Shown piece after piece: positions 41,021 to 49,986 of a stretch of 64,000 bases of DNA. Source of the DNA: Candidatus Avelusimicrobium ruminicola (lineage in GTDB: Bacteria; Elusimicrobiota; Elusimicrobia; Elusimicrobiales; Elusimicrobiaceae); contig CACWXQ010000004.1 of assembly GCA_902764935.1 (NCBI GenBank), positions 36,562 through 100,561 on the forward strand, given 5' to 3'. Each line of letters starts with the position of its first letter. Within the stretch, counting starts at the first letter, position 1. The notes under the pieces are model-generated. The model did not search any database and had not been told where the DNA came from. It worked only from the letters and a program-made list of their open reading frames with translations. A program made the translations under genes and the position numbers.

Positions 41021-41614
41021 TTATTTACCCGATTTGCGGAACGGCATACCCATGTAATCCATGAGCAAGCGGCCGTTCTTATCGTTGTCGGCTGTGGTTA
41101 CGAACGTGATGTTCATACCATAGGCTTTGGGAGATTTTTCCACATCAATTTCCGGGAAAATATAGTGTTCTTTAATCCCCAAGTTCAAGTTGCCTCTCCC
41201 GTCAAAACTCGGGTTGAAGCCTTGGAAGTCGCGGATGCGGGGGCATGCGATGGAAATAAAGCGTTCCATAAATTCATACATGCGGGCGCCGCGTAACGTT
41301 ACGCGTACCCCAATGGGCATACCTTCACGTAATTTGAAGTTAGAAATGGACTTTTTGGCCCGGCGTACCTGGGCGGCTTGTCCGGCGATGGCGGTTAAAT
41401 CGTTCTTGGCGATTTCCATCGCTTTAATATCTTCGCGGGCTTCTTTTACGCCGATGTTAATCACAATCTTGGTGAGTTTCGGCGCGGCCATGGGGCTTTT
41501 TACTCCCATTTCTTTGAGCAAGGCCGGAAGCACTTTTTCTTTGTACAGGGCCTGTAAAGAAGGAACGTATCCTTCCGGGGCCTTAGTTACTTTAGTTTCT
41601 TTCTTAGCAGTCAT
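41021..41614 (-). CDS. rplE: 50S ribosomal protein L5
   Basis: Operon position and [13 protein letters not shown]-type motif. Confidence 0.93.
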   Translation of the reverse strand: MTAKKETKVTKAPEGYVPSLQALYKEKVLPALLKEMGVKSPMAAPKLTKIVINIGVKEAREDIKAMEIAKNDLTAIAGQAAQVRRAKKSISNFKLREGMPIGVRVTLRGARMYEFMERFISIACPRIRDFQGFNPSFDGRGNLNLGIKEHYIFPEIDVEKSPKAYGMNITFVTTADNDKNGRLLMDYMGMPFRKSGK

Positions 41615-41628
41615 TTTTCAGTACCTAC

Positions 41629-41937
41629 TTAGATAATTGCTTCGTTGCATTTGCGGCAGACACGCGTTTTTTTACCGTCGGCCGTAATTTGCACTTTGGG
41701 CGTCATGGCTTTTTTGCATTTTTGGCAGACGACCGCCACGTTGGAAGCGTGGATCGGGGCTTCTACCTGCACAATGCCGCCTTGCTTATTTTGAGAAGGC
41801 TTTTGGTGTTTGGAAACCATATTTACACCGGCCACTACAACGGTATTTTTGGTCGGGTTGACAGATTTCACTTCGCCTTTTTTGCCTTTGTCTTTACCGG
41901 CTAAAATGAGCACGGTATCTTTCGTTTTCACGTTCAT
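41629..41937 (-). CDS. rplX: 50S ribosomal protein L24 (CxxC...CxxC form)
   Basis: KOW motif GKDKGKKGEV. C-terminal CQKC-17-CRKC. Confidence 0.93.
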   Translation of the reverse strand: MNVKTKDTVLILAGKDKGKKGEVKSVNPTKNTVVVAGVNMVSKHQKPSQNKQGGIVQVEAPIHASNVAVVCQKCKKAMTPKVQITADGKKTRVCRKCNEAII

Positions 41938-41939
41938 AC

Positions 41940-42308
41940 CTATACTACCTCCGGCGCGAGAGAAATGATTTTGAGGAAATTCTTTTCTCTGAGTTCGCGG
42001 GCAATAGGACCGAATACACGGGTGCCTTTGGGTTCGCCATTGTCGTTAATGATGCAAACAGCGTTGTCATCAAAGCGAATGTAGGAACCGTCTTTGCGTC
42101 TTTTTTCACGGGCTACGCGCACTACAACCGCACGTACCACGTCGCCTTTTTTAATGGCGGAAGTAGGGATTGCATCCCGGACGGAGCACATAATTACATC
42201 TCCGAGGGTTGCAATATCCCGGTGGTGGCCACCGCGCACCTTAAAGCATTGTACTTTACGGGCGCCGGAATTGTCGGCCACATTGAGGATGCTTCTTAAT
42301 TGAATCAT
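41940..42308 (-). CDS. rplN: 50S ribosomal protein L14
   Basis: [16 protein letters not shown] start. Confidence 0.96.
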   Translation of the reverse strand: MIQLRSILNVADNSGARKVQCFKVRGGHHRDIATLGDVIMCSVRDAIPTSAIKKGDVVRAVVVRVAREKRRKDGSYIRFDDNAVCIINDNGEPKGTRVFGPIARELREKNFLKIISLAPEVV

Positions 42309-42326
42309 ACGTTAAGTAACTCCTAA

Positions 42327-42596
42327 CTATGCTCTGGCTTTTTCCACAATTTTGGAAACACGCCATTTGGTCGTTTTAGAAACGGGGCGGGTGCTCATAA
42401 TTTCCACTTTGTCGCCCAGTTTGCTTTCGTTCGCTTCGTCATGTGCGTGGAACTTGGTAGCACGTTTTAAGGTTTTGCCATAGCGTGCGTCGTGTACTAA
42501 GCGTTCCACTTTTACCGTGCGGGTTTTATCCATTTTGTCGGATACGATTATGCCGGTGAGCACTTTGCGTTGAGCGCGGGTTTCTTTATTTTCCAT
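42327..42596 (-). CDS. rpsQ: 30S ribosomal protein S17
   Basis: GIIVSDKMDKTRTVKVER motif. Confidence 0.93.
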   Translation of the reverse strand: MENKETRAQRKVLTGIIVSDKMDKTRTVKVERLVHDARYGKTLKRATKFHAHDEANESKLGDKVEIMSTRPVSKTTKWRVSKIVEKARA

Positions 42597-42604
42597 ACAA
42601 ACCT

Positions 42605-42808
42605 CTATTTCGCCGCAGCCTTCTGGTTGATTAACGTTTGCAGAAGGGCGATTTCGCGTCTTACAGCGCGCAATTCCATGGGGTTAGCCAAGGGAGTGGT
42701 GCTGTGTTTGAAAAGAAGGTTGAATTTCTTTTCTTGAGCTTTGCCGAGTGCTTCGTTAAGTTCGGCTAAAGATTTTTTCTTCAAATCTGCTTTTTCGTTG
42801 GTTTTCAT
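42605..42808 (-). CDS. rpmC: 50S ribosomal protein L29
   Basis: 67 aa, helical. Position between rplP and rpsQ. Confidence 0.9.
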   Translation of the reverse strand: MKTNEKADLKKKSLAELNEALGKAQEKKFNLLFKHSTTPLANPMELRAVRREIALLQTLINQKAAAK

Positions 42809-42811
42809 ACC

Positions 42812-43222
42812 TTACCTTCTGGTTACCAATTTGGTTTTAATCGGCAGTTTGTCGGAGGCTAAGCGCATGGCACGTTTAGTGTCTTCTTCGCTGGCACCTT
42901 CCAGTTCAAACAAAATCCGGCCCGGTTTTACCACGGCAGCCCAGTATTCGGGCGCACCTTTCCCTTTACCCATACGGGTTTCGGCGGGGTGCTTGGTAAT
43001 AGCTTTATCCGGGAAAATGCGGATCCACAATTTACCTTTTTTCTTGATGAAACGAGACAAGGTAATACGGGCCGCTTCAATTTGGCGCGCGGTGATCCAT
43101 TTGGGTTCCAAAGCCTTTAAGCCATATTCCCCAAAGACCACTTCGGTTCCGCGTTTGGCGTTGCCTTTAATGCGCGGAGCGCTAAAAGGTTTACGATATT
43201 TTACTCTTTTCGGCATCAACAT
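42812..43222 (-). CDS. rplP: 50S ribosomal protein L16
   Basis: [11 protein letters not shown] start and RMGKGKG. Confidence 0.96.
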   Translation of the reverse strand: MLMPKRVKYRKPFSAPRIKGNAKRGTEVVFGEYGLKALEPKWITARQIEAARITLSRFIKKKGKLWIRIFPDKAITKHPAETRMGKGKGAPEYWAAVVKPGRILFELEGASEEDTKRAMRLASDKLPIKTKLVTRR

Positions 43223-43234
43223 AGTTCGTTACCT

Positions 43235-43960
43235 CTATTTGGCCTCCGTGGCAGCTGTTTCCACAGCTCCTTCGGTTGCGCCAGATTCCATATCGCGGTG
43301 CTTTTTGAGTTCGTTCATAATCTCTTTGGGAGATTTGGCAAAGTGTGTGCGTTTGAAAATCCACACTTTTACCCCAATTTTACCGCTGATGGTGTTGGCT
43401 TCGGTGAAACCGTAGTCAATGTCGGCACACAACGTGTGCAGCGGCACGCGGCCTTCACGTTTCCATTCGGTGCGGGCAATTTCCGCGCCACCTAAACGGC
43501 CAGATACCATAATTTTAATACCCAAGGCTTTGCCGGAGAGAGCCTTTTCAATGGCTTTCTTCATAGCGGCGCCGTAGTGGGCACGTTTTTCCAATTGTTG
43601 AGCGATATTTTGCGCTACTAATTGGGCGTCAGTTTCCGGGTTTTTAATTTCAATTACGTTTACAAACGTTTTGCTACCGGTCATGGCTTCTAATTCTTTG
43701 CGAAGGGCTTCAATATCAGCCCCTTTTTTGCCAATCACTACACCCGGGCGGGCGGTGTGAATGTTTACGCGCAAGAAGGCACCAGCTCTTTCAATACCGA
43801 CGTAGCTGATGGCTGCCATTTCGAATTTGCCGTCAATGTGTTTGCGAATTTGGGCATCTTCTAAAATGAGCGCCGGCATATTTTTCGGCGCAAACCAGCG
43901 GGAGCGCCAATCTTGGATGTATCCTAAACGAATAGACCGGGGATGAATCTTATGTCCCAT
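43235..43960 (-). CDS. rpsC: 30S ribosomal protein S3
   Basis: MGHKIHPRSIRLG start and a KH domain. Confidence 0.96.
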   Translation of the reverse strand: MGHKIHPRSIRLGYIQDWRSRWFAPKNMPALILEDAQIRKHIDGKFEMAAISYVGIERAGAFLRVNIHTARPGVVIGKKGADIEALRKELEAMTGSKTFVNVIEIKNPETDAQLVAQNIAQQLEKRAHYGAAMKKAIEKALSGKALGIKIMVSGRLGGAEIARTEWKREGRVPLHTLCADIDYGFTEANTISGKIGVKVWIFKRTHFAKSPKEIMNELKKHRDMESGATEGAVETAATEAK

Positions 43961-43963
43961 AAA

Positions 43964-44323
43964 TTAGCGGCCTCCTTTCTTTTCATCGGTAACGATGACT
44001 GTCAAATGACACATGCTCTTTTTGTAGGGCATCGCACGGCCTTGCGGACCGGGTTGCACTCTGCGAAGATGACCGCTGGGGCCGAGGTTCGCGAACGCCT
44101 CTTTAATATAGACGTGGCTGAAGTCTAGCTTTTTACCGGCTTTGACTTGCAGGTTGGCGGCGGCGCTGTGTAAGGTTTTGGCTACCAAGTCGGCGGTGCG
44201 TTTTGCAACAAACGGCAATACTTCTTCGGCCGCTTTTACATTTTTACCGCGGATTTGGTCCAACACTAAGTTTACACGGCGGCTGCCGTAGCGTTGAAAT
44301 TTGGCTTTTGCACAAGCTTCCAT
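43964..44323 (-). CDS. rplV: 50S ribosomal protein L22
   Basis: Operon position and the L22 length and pattern. Confidence 0.92.
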   Translation of the reverse strand: MEACAKAKFQRYGSRRVNLVLDQIRGKNVKAAEEVLPFVAKRTADLVAKTLHSAAANLQVKAGKKLDFSHVYIKEAFANLGPSGHLRRVQPGPQGRAMPYKKSMCHLTVIVTDEKKGGR

Positions 44324-44338
44324 ATCAAATCCTCAATC

Positions 44339-44623
44339 TTATTTCAAGGCCGTGGAATCTTTGGTGATACCACCGTGACCTTTGAACAACCGGGTGAACG
44401 AAAATTCACCGAGTTTATAACCTACCATACGTTCGGAAACGTAGATGGGAAGAAACTTGCGACCATTGTGCACCAAGAAGGTGTGGCCCACAAATTCCGG
44501 CACGATTGTGCACGCTCTTGCCCATGTTTTAATAGGTTTCTTTTCGTTGGAAGCATTCATTGCTTGAACCTTTTCCAACAGGTTTAAGTCTACAAACGGA
44601 CCTTTTTTAGTTGATCTTCCCAT
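44339..44623 (-). CDS. rpsS: 30S ribosomal protein S19
   Basis: [12 protein letters not shown] start and HNGRKF. Confidence 0.96.
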   Translation of the reverse strand: MGRSTKKGPFVDLNLLEKVQAMNASNEKKPIKTWARACTIVPEFVGHTFLVHNGRKFLPIYVSERMVGYKLGEFSFTRLFKGHGGITKDSTALK

Positions 44624-44625
44624 AC

Positions 44626-45465
44626 TTATTTAACCTTGTTTTTTCTTCTGTCGCTCACAATCATCCAGCTAAAAGCTTTCTTGGTGGAGCGGGTCTTCAA
44701 ACCACGGGCAGGCTGGTTCCACGGAGAGCGCGGAATGTTGCCGCCTTTACCATGACCGCGGCCACCGCCCATGGGGTGGTCTACGGCGTTCATCGCGCTA
44801 CCGCGTACCGTCGGGCGGTTGCCCAAGTGGCGGTTGCGGCCGGCGTTCCCGATGACAATGTTGCCATGGTCTACGTTACCTACTTGGCCGATCGTGGCGC
44901 AGCAATCGCTAGGAACTAAGCGGATTTCGCCAGACGGCATCTTGATGTGGGCATAACCGGCTTCTTTCGCCATTAACTGCGCTTGGGAACCGGCGCTGCG
45001 TGCAAGTTGTGCACCTTTGCCGACTTTCAGTTCAATCGCGTGGATAAAAGTACCTTCAGGGATATATTTCAAAGCAAGGCAGTTACCCACTTTAATATCA
45101 GCAGTCGGGCCGGACATCAATGTATCGCCCACTTGTACGCCTACGGGTTGCAAGATATATCTCTTGTCACCATCGGCATAGTTTAAAAGGCAAATACGCG
45201 CGCTGCGGTTCGGGTCGTATTCTACAGAAACGACTTTGGCCGGCACGCCGTATTTTTCTCTTCTAAAATCAATTTGTCTGTAAGCACGTCTGTGGCCACC
45301 GCCAATGTGACGTACCATTACCATACCGGTGTTATTTCTTCCGCCGGTTTTGCGAAGACCTTTGGTCAGCCGTTTCTCGGGCGTGGTCTTGGTAATATCG
45401 GAATAATCCGACACCGTGATCGTGCGGCGAGACGGGGTGTAAGGTCTAAACGATTTAATAGGCAT
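44626..45465 (-). CDS. rplB: 50S ribosomal protein L2
   Basis: GGGHRR.YR and [11 protein letters not shown] motifs. Confidence 0.97.
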   Translation of the reverse strand: MPIKSFRPYTPSRRTITVSDYSDITKTTPEKRLTKGLRKTGGRNNTGMVMVRHIGGGHRRAYRQIDFRREKYGVPAKVVSVEYDPNRSARICLLNYADGDKRYILQPVGVQVGDTLMSGPTADIKVGNCLALKYIPEGTFIHAIELKVGKGAQLARSAGSQAQLMAKEAGYAHIKMPSGEIRLVPSDCCATIGQVGNVDHGNIVIGNAGRNRHLGNRPTVRGSAMNAVDHPMGGGRGHGKGGNIPRSPWNQPARGLKTRSTKKAFSWMIVSDRRKNKVK

Positions 45466-45484
45466 AGTTAGTAGTTCTCCTTCT

Positions 45485-45781
45485 CTACTTCGCAGTGGAT
45501 TCTACCACTTCGATTTTATCGCCTTCTTTCAAAGTTACAAAGGCCTTTTTATAATCAGGCCGTTTGCCTTCGAAACGACCCATGCGATGGGTCTTGCCCG
45601 TGACGGAAATAGTGTTAATCTTTACAACGGTTACGTTGAAGATTTTTTCCACCGCGGTTTTAATTTCGCCCTTGGACGCGTTTTTGGCTACGATAAAGCC
45701 ATAGCGGTTGTGTGTATCGCGTTCAATTAAGCTTTTCTCGGTTAAGAGGGGCTTTTTCAAAGTATCATAAGCGCCGGACAT
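45485..45781 (-). CDS. rplW: 50S ribosomal protein L23
   Basis: Operon position and [10 protein letters not shown] motif. Confidence 0.93.
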   Translation of the reverse strand: MSGAYDTLKKPLLTEKSLIERDTHNRYGFIVAKNASKGEIKTAVEKIFNVTVVKINTISVTGKTHRMGRFEGKRPDYKKAFVTLKEGDKIEVVESTAK

Positions 45782-46413
45782 TACTTGGCCTCCTTGGCAA
45801 ACGTTTTGGTCAACGTATCCACAGCGTCTTTGGTGAAGATTACTTTAGAGCTGTTTAATACTTCATACGCGTTAATGTCTTGCGTTTGCATGTGGGTTAA
45901 GCCCGCTACGTTGCGGCAAGCCAATTTGGTGTTTTCATCGGCAAAATTGTCGAGCACCAAGGGTTTGCGGCCCGCAGACACGGCTTTCATGACGTCGGTA
46001 AACGCTTTGGTTTTGGGTTCTTTGAAGGTCAAAGATTCCAACACAACCACGTTGCCTTCGGCTAATTTGGTAGACAAAGCCATGGCAAGCGCGGTGCGGC
46101 GTTTAGCGGCCGGTAAATCCTGGCGGTAGGAGTGAGGAGTAGGACCCCACGCTACACCGCCGTGGCGGAATTGCACTGCACGCAAAGACCCTTGACGGGC
46201 GCGGCCGGTGCCTTTTTGTTTCCACGGTTTTTTACCGGTACCGGAAACTTCCGCACGGGTTTTCACATCAGCCGTACCGCTGCGTTGGTTAGCCAAGAAA
46301 GCGGTGATGACTTCGTGTAAGAAAGTAGGGTTCGCTTTCACACCGAATAAAGATTCCGGCAGAGAGATGGTCCCTTTTTCTTTTCCTTTTAAATCTAAAA
46401 CTTTTGTTTCCAT
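45781..46413 (-). CDS. rplD: 50S ribosomal protein L4
   Basis: GTGKKPWKQKGTGRARQGS motif. Confidence 0.95.
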   Translation of the reverse strand: METKVLDLKGKEKGTISLPESLFGVKANPTFLHEVITAFLANQRSGTADVKTRAEVSGTGKKPWKQKGTGRARQGSLRAVQFRHGGVAWGPTPHSYRQDLPAAKRRTALAMALSTKLAEGNVVVLESLTFKEPKTKAFTDVMKAVSAGRKPLVLDNFADENTKLACRNVAGLTHMQTQDINAYEVLNSSKVIFTKDAVDTLTKTFAKEAK

Positions 46414-46425
46414 AGGTCCAAGTCC

Positions 46426-47217
46426 TTACTTCTTGTTAGCAGCCTTAGAAGCAGATACTTTCTGCTGTTGCGGTGCTACATAGTGTTTTTTGTATTTGGA
46501 AGTTTCTAAGACGGACACGATAGAGCCACGGGCCCCCGGAACGGAACCTTTTAAGAATAAAAGACCGTTTTCGCTGTCTACTTTGATAACTTCAATCTTG
46601 GCTACTGTATGGGTGGTGGTACCATAGTGACCAGCCATGCGCTGACCGCTGATAACTTTACCCAAAGAGCGGCGGGAACCTAAAGACCCCGGAGCGCGGC
46701 TGCGGTCGGATTGACCGTGCGAATCCGGTTGACCGGCAAAGCCGTGGCGTTTCATACCGCCGGCAAAACCGTGGCCTTTAATTTTACCCTGCACGTCTAC
46801 ATAGTCGCCGGGTTTAAAGATTTTTTCAAGTGAAATGACTTGGCCGATTTCAAAACCAGTTACGTCGGCAACACGGCATTCCTTCATGTGTTTAACCGGG
46901 GTAACATTTGCTTTTTTGAAGTAGCCCATTTCGGGTTTGTTGAGTTTGCTTTCTTTCACTTCGCCAAAACCCACACAAACGGCGTTGTAACCGTCTTTTT
47001 CTTGGGTTCTGACACGCACAACTTTGCAATCGCCCGCTTTTACAACGGATACGCCATGCAGGTTGCCTTTTTCATCAAAGAGCTGGGTCATGCCCACTTT
47101 CTCGCCGATTACGAAACGAAACGTAGCCGGAGCTTCTTTGACAGTTTCTGCTTTGGCCGGTTCAGCAACGGTTGTTGCCTCTTGGGCACCAGCAGCATTT
47201 TTATTTTCTTCTGTCAT
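46426..47217 (-). CDS. rplC: 50S ribosomal protein L3 (about 35-aa N-terminal extension)
   Basis: GEKVGMTQLF and FAGQPDSHG motifs. Ala/Glu-rich N-terminal extension. Confidence 0.93.
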   Translation of the reverse strand: MTEENKNAAGAQEATTVAEPAKAETVKEAPATFRFVIGEKVGMTQLFDEKGNLHGVSVVKAGDCKVVRVRTQEKDGYNAVCVGFGEVKESKLNKPEMGYFKKANVTPVKHMKECRVADVTGFEIGQVISLEKIFKPGDYVDVQGKIKGHGFAGGMKRHGFAGQPDSHGQSDRSRAPGSLGSRRSLGKVISGQRMAGHYGTTTHTVAKIEVIKVDSENGLLFLKGSVPGARGSIVSVLETSKYKKHYVAPQQQKVSASKAANKK

Positions 47218-47233
47218 ACGTGTTTACTTTTCC

Positions 47234-47578
47234 TTAGTTGCTTTTAATGGCCACATCTACACCGGCGGGCAAATCGAGTTTCATCAGTTCGTCCACGGTT
47301 TTAGAGGTGGGGCTTTTTAGATCAATTAAGCGTTTATGAATACGCATTTCAAACTGTTCTCTGCTTTTCTTATCGGTATGGGGAGAGCGAAGTACGGTGT
47401 ACTTTTTAATCCGAACCGGCAAGAGTACAGGACCCGCTACGATAGCACCCGTTTTTTGCGCGGTTTCTACAATGCGCGAAACAGAAGCGTCTAACATGCG
47501 ATGGTCATAAGAACGCAGTTTAATGCGGATTCTTTCTTGGCCAATTACATTGGCTTTTTTAGCTGTTTTTTCTGCCAT
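47234..47578 (-). CDS. rpsJ: 30S ribosomal protein S10
   Basis: [15 protein letters not shown] motif. Confidence 0.95.
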   Translation of the reverse strand: MAEKTAKKANVIGQERIRIKLRSYDHRMLDASVSRIVETAQKTGAIVAGPVLLPVRIKKYTVLRSPHTDKKSREQFEMRIHKRLIDLKSPTSKTVDELMKLDLPAGVDVAIKSN

Positions 47579-47699
47579 TTTTAGTTTTTTCCTTAATGTT
47601 TTATTACAAATTATTTATCGGCAGAAAACCCTATACCTGTCCTTTCTTCCGTCGGACGGGCTAGGAAATTCCTGCCATAAAAATAACTCAGTACAGTTT

Positions 47700-47728
47700 A
47701 TTATACTAAATTATTGTCGTGGTGTCCA
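47700..47728 (-). promoter_or_regulatory. Sigma-70-type promoter of the S10 operon
   Basis: On the - strand: TGGACA (47728-47723), 17-nt spacer, TATAAT (47705-47700). Leaves a leader of roughly 115 nt. Confidence 0.6.
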
Positions 47729-47823
47729 GTTTCTTAACACGTTCACCATGTGCGTAAAACGGGCACTTTTTTTCCTTATTTATATTGTATAATAATTAAG
47801 GATTTTTGTAAAGGAGAAACAAA

Positions 47824-48795
47824 GTGAATATTACAAACTTGCTATCTGCTCTTTTTGCAGGGATGATAAAGAAAGATGGGGCTTGGAAATGGGCTAAGAC
47901 CTTCGATCCTCCCTGGTATATTATCCCTATCCAAAAAGAACTCGTCCGTGCAAAAGAACGAAAAAACTCTCCCGTAGCAGAAAAATCTGACATGATTACA
48001 CCCCCGCTTGAAACGATAATAGAACAAGATTTAGAAAAAGCGAAAAAGGGCCCTCCTCTCAAAAACCCAAGAAATACTTTTTCTGCAGTATCCCAAGCAA
48101 AGAGGAAAAAGAGTCAACTTATTGGATATTTTCTCTGTTGGGTTTGCATGCCCATTTTTTTGTTTGGTGCTGCCTTTTGTGACCACGGAAATTATTGCGC
48201 AGTTGCCCAGATCTTTGCTTGGCTAATTATACTGGGATGTATTCCGCTTATTATTGGACAAGTTATTCTCTACCGCTCTAAACTTTCTTTTCCTCCTTTG
48301 GACGCTTTTGTCTTCCTTGGTGCGGCGCTGTGTGAATTAACATTTGTTTTATTCCCTTTAGGGGTGGTATTATGGGCAATTGGGATCATAATAGAAATTC
48401 TTCTGTTACTCTATATATTAATTCGAACAATGCAAGAAGCACCTTCACAAGAATACGTTGACGAAAAAATTATTGTGCGGGAATTGGAGCAACCTTCTCA
48501 ACCTCTCTCTTCTTCCATTATTACTCCGCTACTGCAAGCAGTAATGGAAGGAGCGTTGGAAAAAGCAAAAGAAGTATTGGCTGACAACACAGAGCAGCTA
48601 AATACCGCCTACGCGCCAAACGGAAACACACCCCTGCACGTGGCGGCCTTAAACGGGCACACGGATATTGTGCGTTTGCTTTTAGCACAGCCCGGTATTG
48701 ATACCACCCGTTCCAACAACGCGGGACAAACGGCGTTGGACCTGGCGCGCGAGAAAGGATTTGAAGAAATTGCCCTATTGTTAGAAAACAGATAG
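47824..48795 (+). CDS. 4-TM membrane protein with C-terminal ankyrin repeats (paralogue 1)
   Basis: GTG start 6 nt after AGGAG. Hydrophobic block at aa 100-200. GNTPLHVAALNGHTDIVRLLL ANK consensus. Confidence 0.75.
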   Translation: MNITNLLSALFAGMIKKDGAWKWAKTFDPPWYIIPIQKELVRAKERKNSPVAEKSDMITPPLETIIEQDLEKAKKGPPLKNPRNTFSAVSQAKRKKSQLIGYFLCWVCMPIFLFGAAFCDHGNYCAVAQIFAWLIILGCIPLIIGQVILYRSKLSFPPLDAFVFLGAALCELTFVLFPLGVVLWAIGIIIEILLLLYILIRTMQEAPSQEYVDEKIIVRELEQPSQPLSSSIITPLLQAVMEGALEKAKEVLADNTEQLNTAYAPNGNTPLHVAALNGHTDIVRLLLAQPGIDTTRSNNAGQTALDLAREKGFEEIALLLENR

Positions 48796-48994
48796 AAACC
48801 GTCTTCCCGAGTGTCGTTATCGGCCTTCTCCCGTCTGCCTAATTTTTTGCCCTCCTTGCCAAAGCGGATGAGGAAGATTCCAAACAGAAACTTTTGGGAA
48901 CGACACCTTTATTTTACTTTTTCTTAACTTCCTCAAATTTGCTATACTAATCAGGTTGCTATGAAACATAATTACGGACTTACCATTGTAAAAG
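48598..48994 (+). repeat. Direct repeat copy 1 (ANK 3' end + spacer + apt promoter + 12 apt codons)
   Basis: Aligns without gaps at offset 992 to 49590-49986. I count about two dozen mismatches by eye. Confidence 0.9.
48940..48948 (+). promoter_or_regulatory. Duplicated extended -10 promoter element (TGcTATACT)
   Basis: Identical to the element upstream of apt. Here it faces the apt remnant and paralogue 2. Confidence 0.5.
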
Positions 48995-49002
48995 GAATAT
49001 AA
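48961..49002 (+). pseudogene. 5' remnant of apt (12 codons plus 1, then stop)
   Basis: ATGAAACATAATTACGGACTTACCATTGTAAAAG matches apt codons 1-12 (MKHNYGLTIVK). It then diverges to GI-stop. Confidence 0.85.
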
Positions 49003-49025
49003 AAGGCAATAAAAGGAGAAATGGT

Positions 49026-49787
49026 ATGGACCTCAAAAATAAAAAAGCCTTCCGATTAGCTGCTTATATTGCACAGTGGCCCGTTTTAATATCTTTTGCT
49101 GGCGGATTAGTATTCGTCGGAGCGTTTTGCGATAGTGGCATAGCATGTGATAACTTTTATAAGATATACGGCCCCATGTTGGGTATTATCTTGTCTTGGG
49201 CTATTTTTCCTATAGCAATTTTTGTAATAACAGGGCAAATAATCCTATCGCGTTCAAAACATGTTTTTTTCCCAATAGATGCCGCTTTCTTTCTTATCGC
49301 ACCCGTACTATGGATAATTTCTCTGGTTGTCCCTTTGTTGTGGGTAACTCAAGTAGCATTTTGGTGTTTAATGCTAGGATTCGCTGCCGAAAGCATATTA
49401 CTGGCCTATGTATTTTGTTTAAAAATTTACAAAATAGAGCCCGTTGATACAAAAGAAGAAAGAAAGGAATATGGGGAACCCCTAAAAAATCATCTATGGA
49501 GTTCTCCAGAAATTACCCCTTTTCTGGGCGCTGTCATTTCTGGCGATATAACTTTGGTTCAAACCGCCTTACAAAAGTACCCGGAACACCTAAATACCGC
49601 CTATGCCAACAATGGCAACACACCCCTGCACGTAGCCGCCTTAAATGGGTACACGGATATTGTGCGTTTGCTTTTAGCACAGCCCGGTATTGATACCACC
49701 CGTACCAACAACGCGGGACAAACGGCGTTGGACCTGGCGCGCGAGAAAGGATTTGAAGAAATTGCCCTATTGTTAGAAAACAGATAG
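49026..49787 (+). CDS. 4-TM membrane protein with C-terminal ankyrin repeats (paralogue 2)
   Basis: AAGGAG RBS. Same TM-block motifs as paralogue 1. Nearly identical ANK C-terminus. Confidence 0.75.
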   Translation: MDLKNKKAFRLAAYIAQWPVLISFAGGLVFVGAFCDSGIACDNFYKIYGPMLGIILSWAIFPIAIFVITGQIILSRSKHVFFPIDAAFFLIAPVLWIISLVVPLLWVTQVAFWCLMLGFAAESILLAYVFCLKIYKIEPVDTKEERKEYGEPLKNHLWSSPEITPFLGAVISGDITLVQTALQKYPEHLNTAYANNGNTPLHVAALNGYTDIVRLLLAQPGIDTTRTNNAGQTALDLAREKGFEEIALLLENR

Positions 49788-49986
49788 AAACTGTCTTTCC
49801 GAGTGTCGTTATCGGAAATCTCCCGTCTGCCTAATTTTTTGCCCTCCTTGCCAAAGCGGATGGGGAAGATTCCCAACAGGAACTTTTGGAAACGACACCT
49901 TTATTTTACTTTTTCTTAACTTCCCCAAATTTGCTATACTAATCAGGTTGCTATGAAACATAATTATGGACTTACCATTGTAAAAG
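49590..49986 (+). repeat. Direct repeat copy 2
   Basis: See copy 1. Confidence 0.9.
49932..49940 (+). promoter_or_regulatory. Extended -10 promoter element of apt (TGcTATACT)
   Basis: Lies 12 nt upstream of the apt ATG, which implies a very short leader. Confidence 0.5.

Noticed and set aside
41629-41937. The L24 zinc-ribbon tail as a novel feature.
   Set aside because: From memory, Thermus L24 carries the same CxxC...CxxC arrangement, so this is probably a known C+ form.
49601-49876. 91-aa - strand ORF spanning the ank2 3' end and spacer.
   Set aside because: It is antisense to conserved ANK codons. It starts at a TTG that is not preserved in repeat copy 1 (TTT there), so it is not a conserved coding unit.
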